Virus record (IMG/VR): IMGVR_UViG_3300024261_002043
Span: 32,001 to 96,000 of that record
DNA: 64,000 nucleotides
Direction: 5' to 3' (one strand)
Source: a virus
The position numbers and the translations under genes were made by a program. The notes beneath the pieces were generated by a model. The model did not search any database and was not told the origin of the DNA. It worked only from the letters and a program-made list of their open reading frames with translations. Position 1 is the first letter of the stretch. Every line of letters begins with the position of its first letter. This document shows positions 1-10,200 of the stretch, in pieces.

Positions 1-57
1 TTTTTTATCAAATAGCTCTGATATTTTGCCGGTTATTACACTTTTAAATTCACTCAT
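1..57 (-). CDS. Partial CDS (5' end; runs off window), hypothetical protein MSEFKSVITGKISELFDKK...
   Basis: ATG at 57 preceded by AGGAGG SD; open frame to the window edge; ATACTTA motif upstream. Confidence 0.7.
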   Translation of the reverse strand, partial: MSEFKSVITGKISELFDKK

Positions 58-97
58 GTTGCCTCCTGTTTGCTATGTTACTTTATTAAAATCATAG

Positions 98-104
98 TAA
101 GTAT
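98..104 (-). promoter_or_regulatory. Candidate late promoter ATACTTA (ATANTTA motif)
   Basis: Lies just after a terminator, about 40 nt upstream of an SD-led start; same motif recurs upstream of other genes. Confidence 0.45.
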
Positions 105-136
105 TCCAATTATAAGAACACGATAGAAAGTTAAAT

Positions 137-165
137 AAAAAAACGGGGCCTCAATGAGACCCCGT
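137..165 (-). terminator. Rho-independent terminator
   Basis: Minus-strand ACGGGGTCTC-ATT-GAGGCCCCGT stem (one G-U pair) followed by a T-run, downstream of the 204 stop codon. Confidence 0.9.
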
Positions 166-203
166 CAAAATTTCTAGCAAGCTAGTTATTTTTATTTGTT
201 AGA

Positions 204-2027
204 TTATGAACGATCGATAGCAGATACAAGATCTTCGTAAACAAGAGCAAACGAGAATTTAAGCTCGTTGGTTCCTGAAACTGCATAATCAACAGTAGCA
301 GCAGCTCTATCTGTTTCGCTACCAGACTTCATAAGCTGTCCGTTAACATAGACATCTAGCTTATTAGGTCCTACAGCCGTACTAAACGAGGAAACATCAC
401 CAGCTAGTTTGGTGAGTGTTACCGCGGTACCAGCGCTTGTGGTTTCTGCGATAGAACCTGAGAACAACGTTGGCTCTCCGGATGTAACGCTTGAGAACAA
501 GGTATTAATAGCGCCTAAGACAGAAGTCGAGGTACTAAAGTTGCTGATGTACGTTGACGCCTCGGAACTACTAGGAGTTTCGAAAAGTAATGCTTGAGCA
601 TTTACACCGGCTAGCGCCGCTATCGCAGAGAAAGCGAACGTTCCATCGGTTTGAATACCAACACTCTGAGAACCGTCAAGGAAGACAGGTCCTGCAGCAG
701 CAGCGATACCAACGTTTGTAGCACCAGACAACATAAGTCCTGCAGCTGATGTCTTAATTACAGATTGTGCACCTGCTGTGACATCAAAAGAACCAGAGGC
801 AGCAACATCCATACCAGTTGAACCGTCGTGTGTAAACGTGACATCTTCACCATCACCGAAAGCCAAGACACTAGAGTCATCTTCAAGGTGAACCTTAGGG
901 GTATCGAGGAGAACCTCGGTAGAAGCCTCAAGCTCAATAGTCGGAGCAACAGGCTTCAACAAGGTTCCAGCTGCAAGATCGAGTTGACCATCAGCAGATG
1001 AAGAAATTGATTCAGCACCGTCAGCTTGAACAAACGCAAGCTTGTCTTCGCCACCAGCAAGCACAAGACCAACACCATCTGCATGAGTCAACGTTGTTGC
1101 AGCATCAGCACCGAATGACAGTGTTTGAGAGTCAACAGGCATTGTAATATTACCTGCAGAGCCACCGATCTTTAATAATGATGTACCGGCACTCTTAATT
1201 TGAGTCTCAGTACTACCAAACTTGGTGTCCAGTATAATTGCAGCACCAGAAGATGCACCACCCTTAACTGCAACAGCGTTAACGGCGTCGATGATGACAC
1301 CACCACTACCATCAAAAGGGTTACCACCGGTTGAACCAGAACTCTGTAGGAGTAAAATACCGTGTGCCGATGCAACATTTAGACCGGCTGATGCACCACC
1401 TTCTAGTTTGTTCGCATGAACAGATGACCATGATGCGTGACCGGATGTCGCTAAGGCACCGGGCGAGACATAGCCCTTTTGTGAGGCGCCTGATACACTC
1501 ATCGATTTGACGTGTGAATAACCCGGGGCGAACTTAACGAGGAGCGACGAGTCGCTTGAGCTGAATGCCGACGTCAATTCGAAAACAATATCGTTGCTGT
1601 CGCTGTCTCGAAGTACGATAAGAGTGCCCTTGGCTAATGACGATGGCGATGACCAGCTACTATTCTTCGTAAGACTGGTATCAGAATATGAGACCATGCT
1701 ATTATCGATGAAGTTTGAGACGGAGTTAATCGACCCGACTGTCAAACGACCTAAAGCCATTGCATCGTCAGATGTTGGTTTAAGGCTTACAAGGCCGTCA
1801 GACGACGCTGGCGACTTATACTCACCAGGCTCAACAGCACCGAATGCAACGTCACCAGACATATTTGAGAGTGCTTGGGCATAATATTTAAATATTTCCT
1901 GTGCACTTGGTATATTGCCCTCGCTAAGGGAGGCAATTGCAGTACCCTTCGCTAGCGAAGTAGGCTTCATATCTGTTAATGAGCCTGTAATTTGTTGTAA
2001 TCTAATCTGTGTTCTAGACTTAGACAT
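204..2027 (-). CDS. Virion structural / fibre-like protein
   Basis: S/G/T/A-rich beta-type sequence; C-terminal LDVYVNGQL..SGS..DY domain shared with 2561-3451; start moved to ATG 2027 (GAGGA SD). Confidence 0.7.
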   Translation of the reverse strand: MSKSRTQIRLQQITGSLTDMKPTSLAKGTAIASLSEGNIPSAQEIFKYYAQALSNMSGDVAFGAVEPGEYKSPASSDGLVSLKPTSDDAMALGRLTVGSINSVSNFIDNSMVSYSDTSLTKNSSWSSPSSLAKGTLIVLRDSDSNDIVFELTSAFSSSDSSLLVKFAPGYSHVKSMSVSGASQKGYVSPGALATSGHASWSSVHANKLEGGASAGLNVASAHGILLLQSSGSTGGNPFDGSGGVIIDAVNAVAVKGGASSGAAIILDTKFGSTETQIKSAGTSLLKIGGSAGNITMPVDSQTLSFGADAATTLTHADGVGLVLAGGEDKLAFVQADGAESISSSADGQLDLAAGTLLKPVAPTIELEASTEVLLDTPKVHLEDDSSVLAFGDGEDVTFTHDGSTGMDVAASGSFDVTAGAQSVIKTSAAGLMLSGATNVGIAAAAGPVFLDGSQSVGIQTDGTFAFSAIAALAGVNAQALLFETPSSSEASTYISNFSTSTSVLGAINTLFSSVTSGEPTLFSGSIAETTSAGTAVTLTKLAGDVSSFSTAVGPNKLDVYVNGQLMKSGSETDRAAATVDYAVSGTNELKFSFALVYEDLVSAIDRS

Positions 2028-2156
2028 AATGTTTTTCCTCTTGCACAAAAATGTGCGTTATTTTTTAGGACAAACCGAAAATAAAACTAACGAACAAAAT
2101 AAACGGATTATATAATAAACTAACTAACGGATCGCGCTGCTCTCACAGCGGTAATT

Positions 2157-2393
2157 TTAATTATAGCTTTGCTTTACTAAATTCCTCAAATTTTTTAAAG
2201 CAGAGTCAAATTTAGAAAAGTCGCTGGTAATATATTCAACTGCCAACTGTCTACACTCTTTTTCACCTTCAAAGATAAATGAATATCTACCGCGGTCAGT
2301 ACCAGCGCTTAGGAGCTTACGACTATTTGTGACTAAAAAAGCGGCTGTCCCTAGATCAGCTGTCTCAAAAACGTCGGATTTTTTATCTTGCAC
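2157..2393 (-). CDS. Small phage protein, DUF5659-like
   Basis: FETADLGTAAFL...YSFIF pattern; GTG start with AGGAGG SD. Confidence 0.6.
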   Translation of the reverse strand: MQDKKSDVFETADLGTAAFLVTNSRKLLSAGTDRGRYSFIFEGEKECRQLAVEYITSDFSKFDSALKNLRNLVKQSYN

Positions 2394-2430
2394 TTACTGA
2401 GTACCTCCTACTATACCTTAGCGTGGTCAA

Positions 2431-2478
2431 TTATGATAGCACGACTGTATTCATTCATAGCTACCGTGCTATCAATAA
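2431..2478. repeat. Intergenic inverted repeat / RNA hairpin
   Basis: TGATAGCACG (2434-2443) and CGTGCTATCA (2465-2474) are perfect 10-bp arms with extendable flanks. Confidence 0.6.
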
Positions 2479-2560
2479 CTATCAACGTAAAACTTTTAAA
2501 TCCTGTTCTGTCTAACGATAAAAAACCTTACATATTCCTTACATGAAGTGATGTATGGTT

Positions 2561-3451
2561 CTAAGATACTGTATACACCACGATATCAAGCACGTCATCT
2601 ACTTGCGTATCAAAACAAAGTTTTAGAGAGTGCGGAGGAGAGATATAATAGTCTCGAGCTGCTGTGGCTACTTCATATGAGGATCCGCTATGCAAAAGCT
2701 GGCCATTTAAAAAGATGTCTATGCTGTTTGGATCATAGCTTACAGACTCAAAATCAGGCTCGTATACATTATAAGGACTACCTGCTGACACGCTAGAAGT
2801 AACCCAAAACACATCTTTTTTTCTTGATAACGAACCAGTCGATGAGGTTGCGACGACAGTATCTAACATATCACCAATATACAGGTAGGCTTCTACGTAA
2901 TCAGGGTTCTCTGAATGGTCTCCTGTACCCGGTGGGTCCTGTTGAAAGAACACCCCATTAAAATAGTCAAGGTACCAATCCCTAGCGTCTAGAATAGGAA
3001 TCTGTGTCCCAGAGCCTTTCGCTGCCGATCCGTTGTAGTAAGGCTTTGCTTCGTAAGCGTTTGCAAAAGATGTGGGAACTATTTGTAGCGCACCTGATGT
3101 AATATTGATTGTCTGACTATTAACAAACGGGTAAATCCCCTTTTTAGGGTTAGATGAATTTGACTCATAATCAGACGGTAACTTTAGCTCAAAACCATGC
3201 CGACCATCAGACGTGTCTGCACCAGCTATGAACGTAGAAGTAAAACGTATATATTCTACCTTACCTGTTATCGTATATAACGATGTAGATGAAGGCGATG
3301 TAGAAATTGTTTCACCAAAAACAGTTTCTGACGTCATAGTTACGCCAGATGGTAATCCTTCATTAGCTAGATCTTTATCATTAGAGGTCTGTGCCTTACC
3401 AGCTAACTTTTTTAAAGATATTAGTCTTTGAGTTTTTGCATCATATCCCAT
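2561..3451 (-). CDS. Virion structural protein
   Basis: In tail block; C-terminal IDIFLNGQLLHSGS..RDY domain paralogous to 204-2027. Confidence 0.7.
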   Translation of the reverse strand: MGYDAKTQRLISLKKLAGKAQTSNDKDLANEGLPSGVTMTSETVFGETISTSPSSTSLYTITGKVEYIRFTSTFIAGADTSDGRHGFELKLPSDYESNSSNPKKGIYPFVNSQTINITSGALQIVPTSFANAYEAKPYYNGSAAKGSGTQIPILDARDWYLDYFNGVFFQQDPPGTGDHSENPDYVEAYLYIGDMLDTVVATSSTGSLSRKKDVFWVTSSVSAGSPYNVYEPDFESVSYDPNSIDIFLNGQLLHSGSSYEVATAARDYYISPPHSLKLCFDTQVDDVLDIVVYTVS

Positions 3452-3454
3452 GTG

Positions 3455-6400
3455 TTAGCTCCATGATATACTCATCTGTGATATATTACCTGTCCAGCTT
3501 GCATCAGCCTCAATTTTTACCACTATATACTCATTAGCGCCTGCTGATTGCGTCCCGAACGTGCCGGCATTGGATGCATTTAAAGAAGAATCAAGTGAAC
3601 CGTTAAGACAACCGTCACCATCGCTTACTTGTCCGGTAGCAAAAGCCTTTGCAAGATCCATCCACCCTGTAGAAAACGAAGATGATGTTTCCGGAAGCTT
3701 TACTAGTACGTGCACATTTGAAGTAGATAAAGACGTCCCTTGCTCGACTATCGTACCTGAACCATTTAAGGTCAATATAAAGTCTGTCTTAGACCCTCCG
3801 GACGTGTTTTGAAAATATCTATAAAATGTTCTTAAGCCAGATGATATCGTTGAATAGTCCACATTGCTACTAGGCCCGTTCGCTATAGATCCACCATCGG
3901 ATGTGTTCCTAAAATCTCCTGAAACAGCACCTTGGCGAGGAGCACGTAATGCGCTGTTATAAAATAGCAGACCGTTTAAAGACAGCAAACTTGTGGAAGA
4001 GTTCCATACAGCTCCTGAATCTGTTACGGCAGCTTGATTGTCGTAGCTTCCTGAGGCTCTTCTATAACTTTCGCCCCTAAACGGTTCGGATGTTGTTGTA
4101 GCAGTATCGGAAAGATTATACAATAATATTCCTGATATTGATTGTGAACCAGCGCTAGATAAGCTTGACTTAAGAGGAGCAGGTACGTTTACAGATACGG
4201 ATATTGATTGGTTTAGCAAAGGATCTGTATTAATAGTTGCAGATCCTGTTATTTGAAGAAGCTTAGATTCATCTTCCCCAGCACCGTGATTGATTGTTGG
4301 AAATGCTTGCGCAGGAGTAGAACAGTTTGTCCCCGTGAATGTTATATTGTTTGAAGAATAGACATTTCTGTATGCGTTTAGGGCACGCACACGGTATTGT
4401 GCTGTACCAGCAGTGTGATATGTAACACCTGACAATTGCTTAGTACCTGTCATCGACAGTCCATCAAACACCGAATTATCTGCTGACAGCGCATTAGAAT
4501 TAGAATCATTTACCCATTCTACGTAGTTACATGTTGTACTTGTGCTGCCTATAGTATGTACAACCCTAGCATAATTCCAGCCGTTTGCTTGATCTGTCGT
4601 TGCTATTGTGTATGTTCCTGTCCTGTGCTTAAACGTAGAAAATGAAGAGCCATCTGCAAAAGCTCCATTAGTAACGGCAGATAAATTAAATCCCGAACCG
4701 TTAGAGTTTAAGCTATTACCTGAACCGAATGAGCTTAGGTCAACAGAGTGCTTTTCAGTTGAATTATTATTTACGAACAGCTTAAGTGTTCCTTGGTCTC
4801 CGTTTCCGAATGCGCCTACAGCAAAGTTAGGGCTGTCCGGTGAGATATCTGCGTTGAGCGTACCATCTATAACTGTAGCGCCGTTAAGGCATGCAACACG
4901 AACATCATTACCAGAAGTTGTAGATGCATATGATCCATTTATATCTACATTTGACAAGCTACTAGCTGGTGTTAACGTCGATGGTAGAACGTTTGTATAT
5001 CCAGATATTGATTGTGTAGAGCCAAAAGATAAATTTGCCGTCGTTCCTGAGTCTGAGCAACTCATATCATCTAAATTTGGAGCAGCAGAAGGAGCTAATC
5101 CTTTTAAAACCTCGTTAAACCTATCCACGGCGGTCCCCACAGGTGTTTGTGTAGTGAAGTCGGTAAACAACCCATCGGAGTAGCTACCATCCTCTGCTGT
5201 CCCGATTGTACCGGTTAGAGCTATGTCTCCAGAACCGTATGAGTTTAATATAGCAAGGTTTGTTACATCTACCTTGTCTATACTATTTACGGTAGTTGAC
5301 CCAGAAACAAAGTCAATAGCTGTGCCACCTCCGGCGTCACCCGTAAATTTACCATCTGATGCGTATGCAGTAAAACCAGTTGTATTTACAGAAGTAGACA
5401 GTGTATTATCAGAGTACATGGCGAAAGTATTACCGCTTAAGACATCAGCATAGTATTCATTGCCGTTTACTTCTGTCATCCCAACAACGCTTGTTAACGT
5501 TACACCTTGCCCTTCGCTTAAGTTGTGGTTTAACACAGTCGTAACAACACCTGGATTAGCTTGCGTTATGTTTGATATTGATCCTGTTACAGCACCAGAT
5601 CCACCCGCAGCGTCTATTGTTATAGATTTGTCGGAGTTTGTTGTCAAAGTTATGTTTGTACCGGCTTTTAAGTTTGTTTCAACCGTAACAGCAGATGAAC
5701 CGTCAAAAGATAAGGACTTTATTCCAGGACCATTTGTTAATGAATTAGGTACTTTTTTAACTTCGATATCTCCAGACCCATCTAGACCGATTGTATCGTT
5801 GTCATATTGTACGGCTATCGTAGCGGGGTTTGAGTTACCAGCAAATGAGATATCAATGCCAGCACCCTCAGCCATTATCGCAGTTCTGTCTACTATGTCA
5901 GCTAAGCTCGCTATAGATGTTTTTGATACACTAGATAAGCTTGTATTATCAGCTGTTACTACAAAGTGGTTTCTATTAGCAGCGACCGTAGATAGATTTG
6001 TCATATCAACTGAAACTGTTTTTGCTGTTGAGCCGTTGTAACTAAGTGTTCCAATTCCTGGACCGTTTGTTAAAGCTCCTGGTGATGTTGAGGAAGCCGC
6101 AAGTGTTATTTGTCCGGTTGTCGGCGTATTGTAAGATACTGTTATATTTGTTCCACCAACAAGGTAAGGTACACCAGCAGAAGCCTCGTCGTGTTTTGCT
6201 ATTATTGTACCAAAAGTAGTCGTGCCAGAGAATGTGGACGCACCCGAAAACGTATTATCACCTGTTAGCGTATTATTACCAGCTAACGTGGGTATAACTG
6301 ATGTGTCAACAGATAGTGTGGAATCAGCAGCGGCGTTATACGCCGAACCAACAGAATATGTTAGTCCTGTCCCTGATGATAACGAATAACTAGACCCTAA

Positions 6401-7213
6401 GTCTGCAAACTTTTGAGCAAGGATCTTTCTTGTTGCTGATGCAGTTGCATCATATATTAATACGTAGTCCGCAGAACCTTGTAGCGTTGTTGTCGCAACA
6501 GCAGAATTAGGATCTACTAATAATCCTCCGCCTGTACCGGTACCACCAGATATCCCTAGACCACTGTTGGTCGCTAAAGTTACATCTATTGTTTTTGGTG
6601 CTGAATTATTATAAGGGGTATTCGTTAGTCCATCACGAAATGTGATAGGGTTCCCAAGCGATGTCATGGTGGCAGCAGCAGACATTAAATTGTTTACTGA
6701 TATCTTTTTTACATCTCTTGAATTACCGGTGTCACTTGTATCGTGAATAAGAAGATAGTCATCTGAAGCCGGTGTTGCTGATAACTCAGATGCTTGTGTT
6801 GGATTAATTGCTAGACCAAACGAGGTAAGCTCAAGACCGGTGCTTGTAAATAAGTCAATCTCGACCGTAGCGGTAGAAGACCCATCATAGGTAAAGGAGG
6901 TTATACCTCCTGACGCGTTTCCAGACAGTACGGCGCCAGCTCCAACGGTAGCAGATATTGTTATACCACCTGTCACATCCTCCGTTACAGTTACAGATCC
7001 AGAGCCTTTGACATATGCAGAGCCTTGTTTGTCTACTAGCCTACCATCTAGCTGTGCTGAACCTTTTACTATGAGGGAGCTTTTAAATTCATCGTCATCT
7101 AGACCGATCTGGAATGTATGAGGTGTTGCAACCTTGACGACGTTCTTGTTAGTCGACTGCCTTAGAACAAGAAAATCCTGGTTTCTTAGGTCTGTTCTTT
7201 TTCCTTGACTCAT
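3455..7213 (-). CDS. Tail fibre-like structural protein with internal repeats and an E1-FCCH-like domain
   Basis: Repeats LTNGPGI..LS(Y/F)(N/D)GS and DY(L/V)LI.D; ISNITQANPGVVT..HNL..GMTEVNG..TTGFTAY segment. Confidence 0.75.
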   Translation of the reverse strand: MSQGKRTDLRNQDFLVLRQSTNKNVVKVATPHTFQIGLDDDEFKSSLIVKGSAQLDGRLVDKQGSAYVKGSGSVTVTEDVTGGITISATVGAGAVLSGNASGGITSFTYDGSSTATVEIDLFTSTGLELTSFGLAINPTQASELSATPASDDYLLIHDTSDTGNSRDVKKISVNNLMSAAATMTSLGNPITFRDGLTNTPYNNSAPKTIDVTLATNSGLGISGGTGTGGGLLVDPNSAVATTTLQGSADYVLIYDATASATRKILAQKFADLGSSYSLSSGTGLTYSVGSAYNAAADSTLSVDTSVIPTLAGNNTLTGDNTFSGASTFSGTTTFGTIIAKHDEASAGVPYLVGGTNITVSYNTPTTGQITLAASSTSPGALTNGPGIGTLSYNGSTAKTVSVDMTNLSTVAANRNHFVVTADNTSLSSVSKTSIASLADIVDRTAIMAEGAGIDISFAGNSNPATIAVQYDNDTIGLDGSGDIEVKKVPNSLTNGPGIKSLSFDGSSAVTVETNLKAGTNITLTTNSDKSITIDAAGGSGAVTGSISNITQANPGVVTTVLNHNLSEGQGVTLTSVVGMTEVNGNEYYADVLSGNTFAMYSDNTLSTSVNTTGFTAYASDGKFTGDAGGGTAIDFVSGSTTVNSIDKVDVTNLAILNSYGSGDIALTGTIGTAEDGSYSDGLFTDFTTQTPVGTAVDRFNEVLKGLAPSAAPNLDDMSCSDSGTTANLSFGSTQSISGYTNVLPSTLTPASSLSNVDINGSYASTTSGNDVRVACLNGATVIDGTLNADISPDSPNFAVGAFGNGDQGTLKLFVNNNSTEKHSVDLSSFGSGNSLNSNGSGFNLSAVTNGAFADGSSFSTFKHRTGTYTIATTDQANGWNYARVVHTIGSTSTTCNYVEWVNDSNSNALSADNSVFDGLSMTGTKQLSGVTYHTAGTAQYRVRALNAYRNVYSSNNITFTGTNCSTPAQAFPTINHGAGEDESKLLQITGSATINTDPLLNQSISVSVNVPAPLKSSLSSAGSQSISGILLYNLSDTATTTSEPFRGESYRRASGSYDNQAAVTDSGAVWNSSTSLLSLNGLLFYNSALRAPRQGAVSGDFRNTSDGGSIANGPSSNVDYSTISSGLRTFYRYFQNTSGGSKTDFILTLNGSGTIVEQGTSLSTSNVHVLVKLPETSSSFSTGWMDLAKAFATGQVSDGDGCLNGSLDSSLNASNAGTFGTQSAGANEYIVVKIEADASWTGNISQMSISWS

Positions 7214-7232
7214 AAGCTCACGTTGTGTTTAG

Positions 7233-10200
7233 TTAAGAGGCACCTGAGAATCCTGGAACACTAAACACTGTAAAGGGGTCTAATGTTATAAGATCACTAC
7301 TAAATATAATGCTCCTCGATGTATCTCCCTCTATGTAGGGTTTTGATGCAGTAAGCGCAGTCGAAATATTAAAACATGACGTTGCGGATGCATCAGATAT
7401 TGGATTACCTTCTCCATCTAAAAAGATAACTGATACCACAGCTTCTGATTCTCCAGGTGATCGATCTTCATCACCCTTATAATACGTCTTCGAGTACATA
7501 CGTTGCTCTAGCATGTCTCTAAACTGTCCGTATCTATCACTCCTGAATATTGCTGACGGTGATAAATGGTCACAATTCATATATCCATATTTAAACCCTG
7601 TAGGATGACGAAAATTAGCAGCTCCTCTAACGCTATCAGTCTGCCAGGGTATGCCATCACTGCCAGTACCGATATATAACGTACGATTGAAATATCGCCA
7701 CCAACTAAAATCAAGCTGTTTTCTATTTTCTCTTCCCCAGCCGGTTAGACCAGCAAAGAATTGCCTTTGATATTTACTATTATTTTGACTTTTACCGTAT
7801 GCGTCTCCGTCTGTAGACGAATTATCTCCTGCTGCTAAGGCCCAAGTGGATGGGAAGGATGATTCTTGGTAATTTGATTGTCTTACGTTTGCCATATCAC
7901 CGATGGTCGTCATGTCTATGCCACCTTCATACACGTATTTAGGGCTACCCGTTTGGCCTGGATCATACGTATCATAAAACGTGTAGTCATACACATCTTT
8001 GCTACCTGGAAGTCGGTTAGACGGTCCAGTAATGCTCGCTGCGGCCTCAGTATTGTTATACCCTAAATAAGGAGAGATGTTTACGTTCCCGGCGGCGACG
8101 CTGGAAAATAGATTATACGCTGCGGTAGTTCGATCATTAGACTGAAAAGGCGCGGTCAACCTGTACACAGCAGTTGTGTCTCCAGCAAATCTTAGACTTA
8201 AGTCTGTTTTTCTGCGCACATTGGAAAACTTTTGCTCGAACGGAAATGAGTCTTGCCAACCGTGAGCAAAAGCGTAAGTATAGCCTGGAAACAACTCATC
8301 TATATACTCGGCAGATGATGTTACATGAGGCTGCTTCGTTACGTTTAAGTTAACTATCGTATACTTCGAGATAGCGTCAGCGCCGAGGAGAACTTGATCA
8401 CGCGTGCTGCCACCTAACGCTTTCGCGATGTCAAAAGGATCTTGCTGTAAGGTATCAAAGTATACCTCTTTCTCTTCGATTGCCCTAACAAACCTTTGCA
8501 GGCTTCCGCTGAACAATAAATTTCCAGAAGCCTGAGATGCTGCAACTCCCCGGGTTTTTAGCATATAATCTGATCTACTATCATCTGCAAATATGGAGCC
8601 AGTAATATGATATTCTAAATTACTACCCATATAGTCATCATCAGACCCAACAAGAAATTGATCTAGTACAGGGTTGTCATAGTGGATTGCTTCATGAATT
8701 GCATTCGAGTCAAGCTTTTGGCCAGATGTTGTTGCGTAAGGTTTCCCGTCCTTAACATATGTACCATAGAGTACGATTCTGCTAGGACCTGCTAACATTT
8801 TTAAGCTATGACAAGGCTGATACGGATCTTCCAAATTTTGTCTATTATCTTCTACCGGTAATCCGGAGGCTGGATCTCTGTCAGTTTCGTAAGCATAGCC
8901 TGCAGCAATCGATTTTTGGTAATCCCATATACCCCACTTATATGGTGATCTATTATTTGGTAATCCAGATCCTGGGTTCCAGCCGGGTAGTGAGGGTTGA
9001 ACACCTAAGACTAGCTTATCAGAAGGCTGTAACATATAAAGACTATCAACAGTAGGCTCTTTTGAAAACTTTCCTTCTTTTGTTCCTGTAGATATTACTT
9101 TAGCAAAATTTTCGGTCGAAATAGTTGAGGTTGCCGTGGAGTTCCATACTTCATCACTAGACATAAAATATTGTGTTCCACCAAGAGCAAGAGATGACTG
9201 TGTATTTGTATTTTCAGGTTCACCTGCGACTGCAGATCTTATGAACCTTCTAGCCGACGGAAAATCATTACCCTTTGTACCAGGGACCCAGCCACCTTCG
9301 GAAATGACTATAGAATTTCTTACATGATAACGCTTACCGTCTTTTACGAATTTTTCGTACATGGACTCGACGTCAGCACCTGAGCCGGCAGGTGCTGACT
9401 GATAAAAAAGGCTACGTGGTGGGATGGAAATTGGTGGTGCTGTTATAAAGTTAGGAGTTGTTGTTACCCAGTACCCCGGGGTATCTAGTGACCTGGGGAC
9501 TGTTGAGCGAACAGGGACATCTATCTTAAAGTCTTTCTTATAATTTAGGTACTGTCTTTTATACACATTCGCAACAAGTGGAAGTGCTGCTGACTCCCTA
9601 CCTGGTTGCTCTAATGGTCTCCAGGCAGTAGATGCAGTCATAAGAGTAAATCCGCAAAAATTATCAGCATAGTCGAGGTTAGTACCGGCATGGGTTTGAG
9701 ATGCCGACATGAATATGTTGAGGTCTCTTGACAAACCAGAATCCATCCAGCTCTTTGTTGGTCTGTCCTGATAGTACTCTCGTGGTACATCGGACTGTAT
9801 TGCAGGAGCCGTTACGGAAGGGTTTAGACCGTATGCGAGATAGTCTTGTGGCGCATAATGAAAGCTACCAAACCTCATGCGCTCAAAAAATATTCCTTTA
9901 GACTCTATTTTTGTGGATGAATTATACGCGACATCCCATGATGCGGACGGTGCTTCAGAAATACTATCACCAGCTATATAAGAAGGTGTAGTTATTACAG
10001 ACATGCCTGATCCCATAGGCGTACCACCGAGCAGCTTATATTCCGGGGAGGATGTTTTTACAGCAGAGTATTCATCAACTAGATTACCCCCGACATCACC
10101 ATCAGCGACCCGAGGATAACCTATAAACGTATCCAGCGTGTATGTTGTATTGGCTGTGACTTGTGTTCCAGAAAGTAGATACCTTGGATAAGGTGCGCCG

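Noticed and set aside
5345-5580. Ubiquitin-like conjugation system
   Set aside because: Only the small FCCH-like module is present, inside a fibre; there are no E1 adenylation, E2 or Ubl genes
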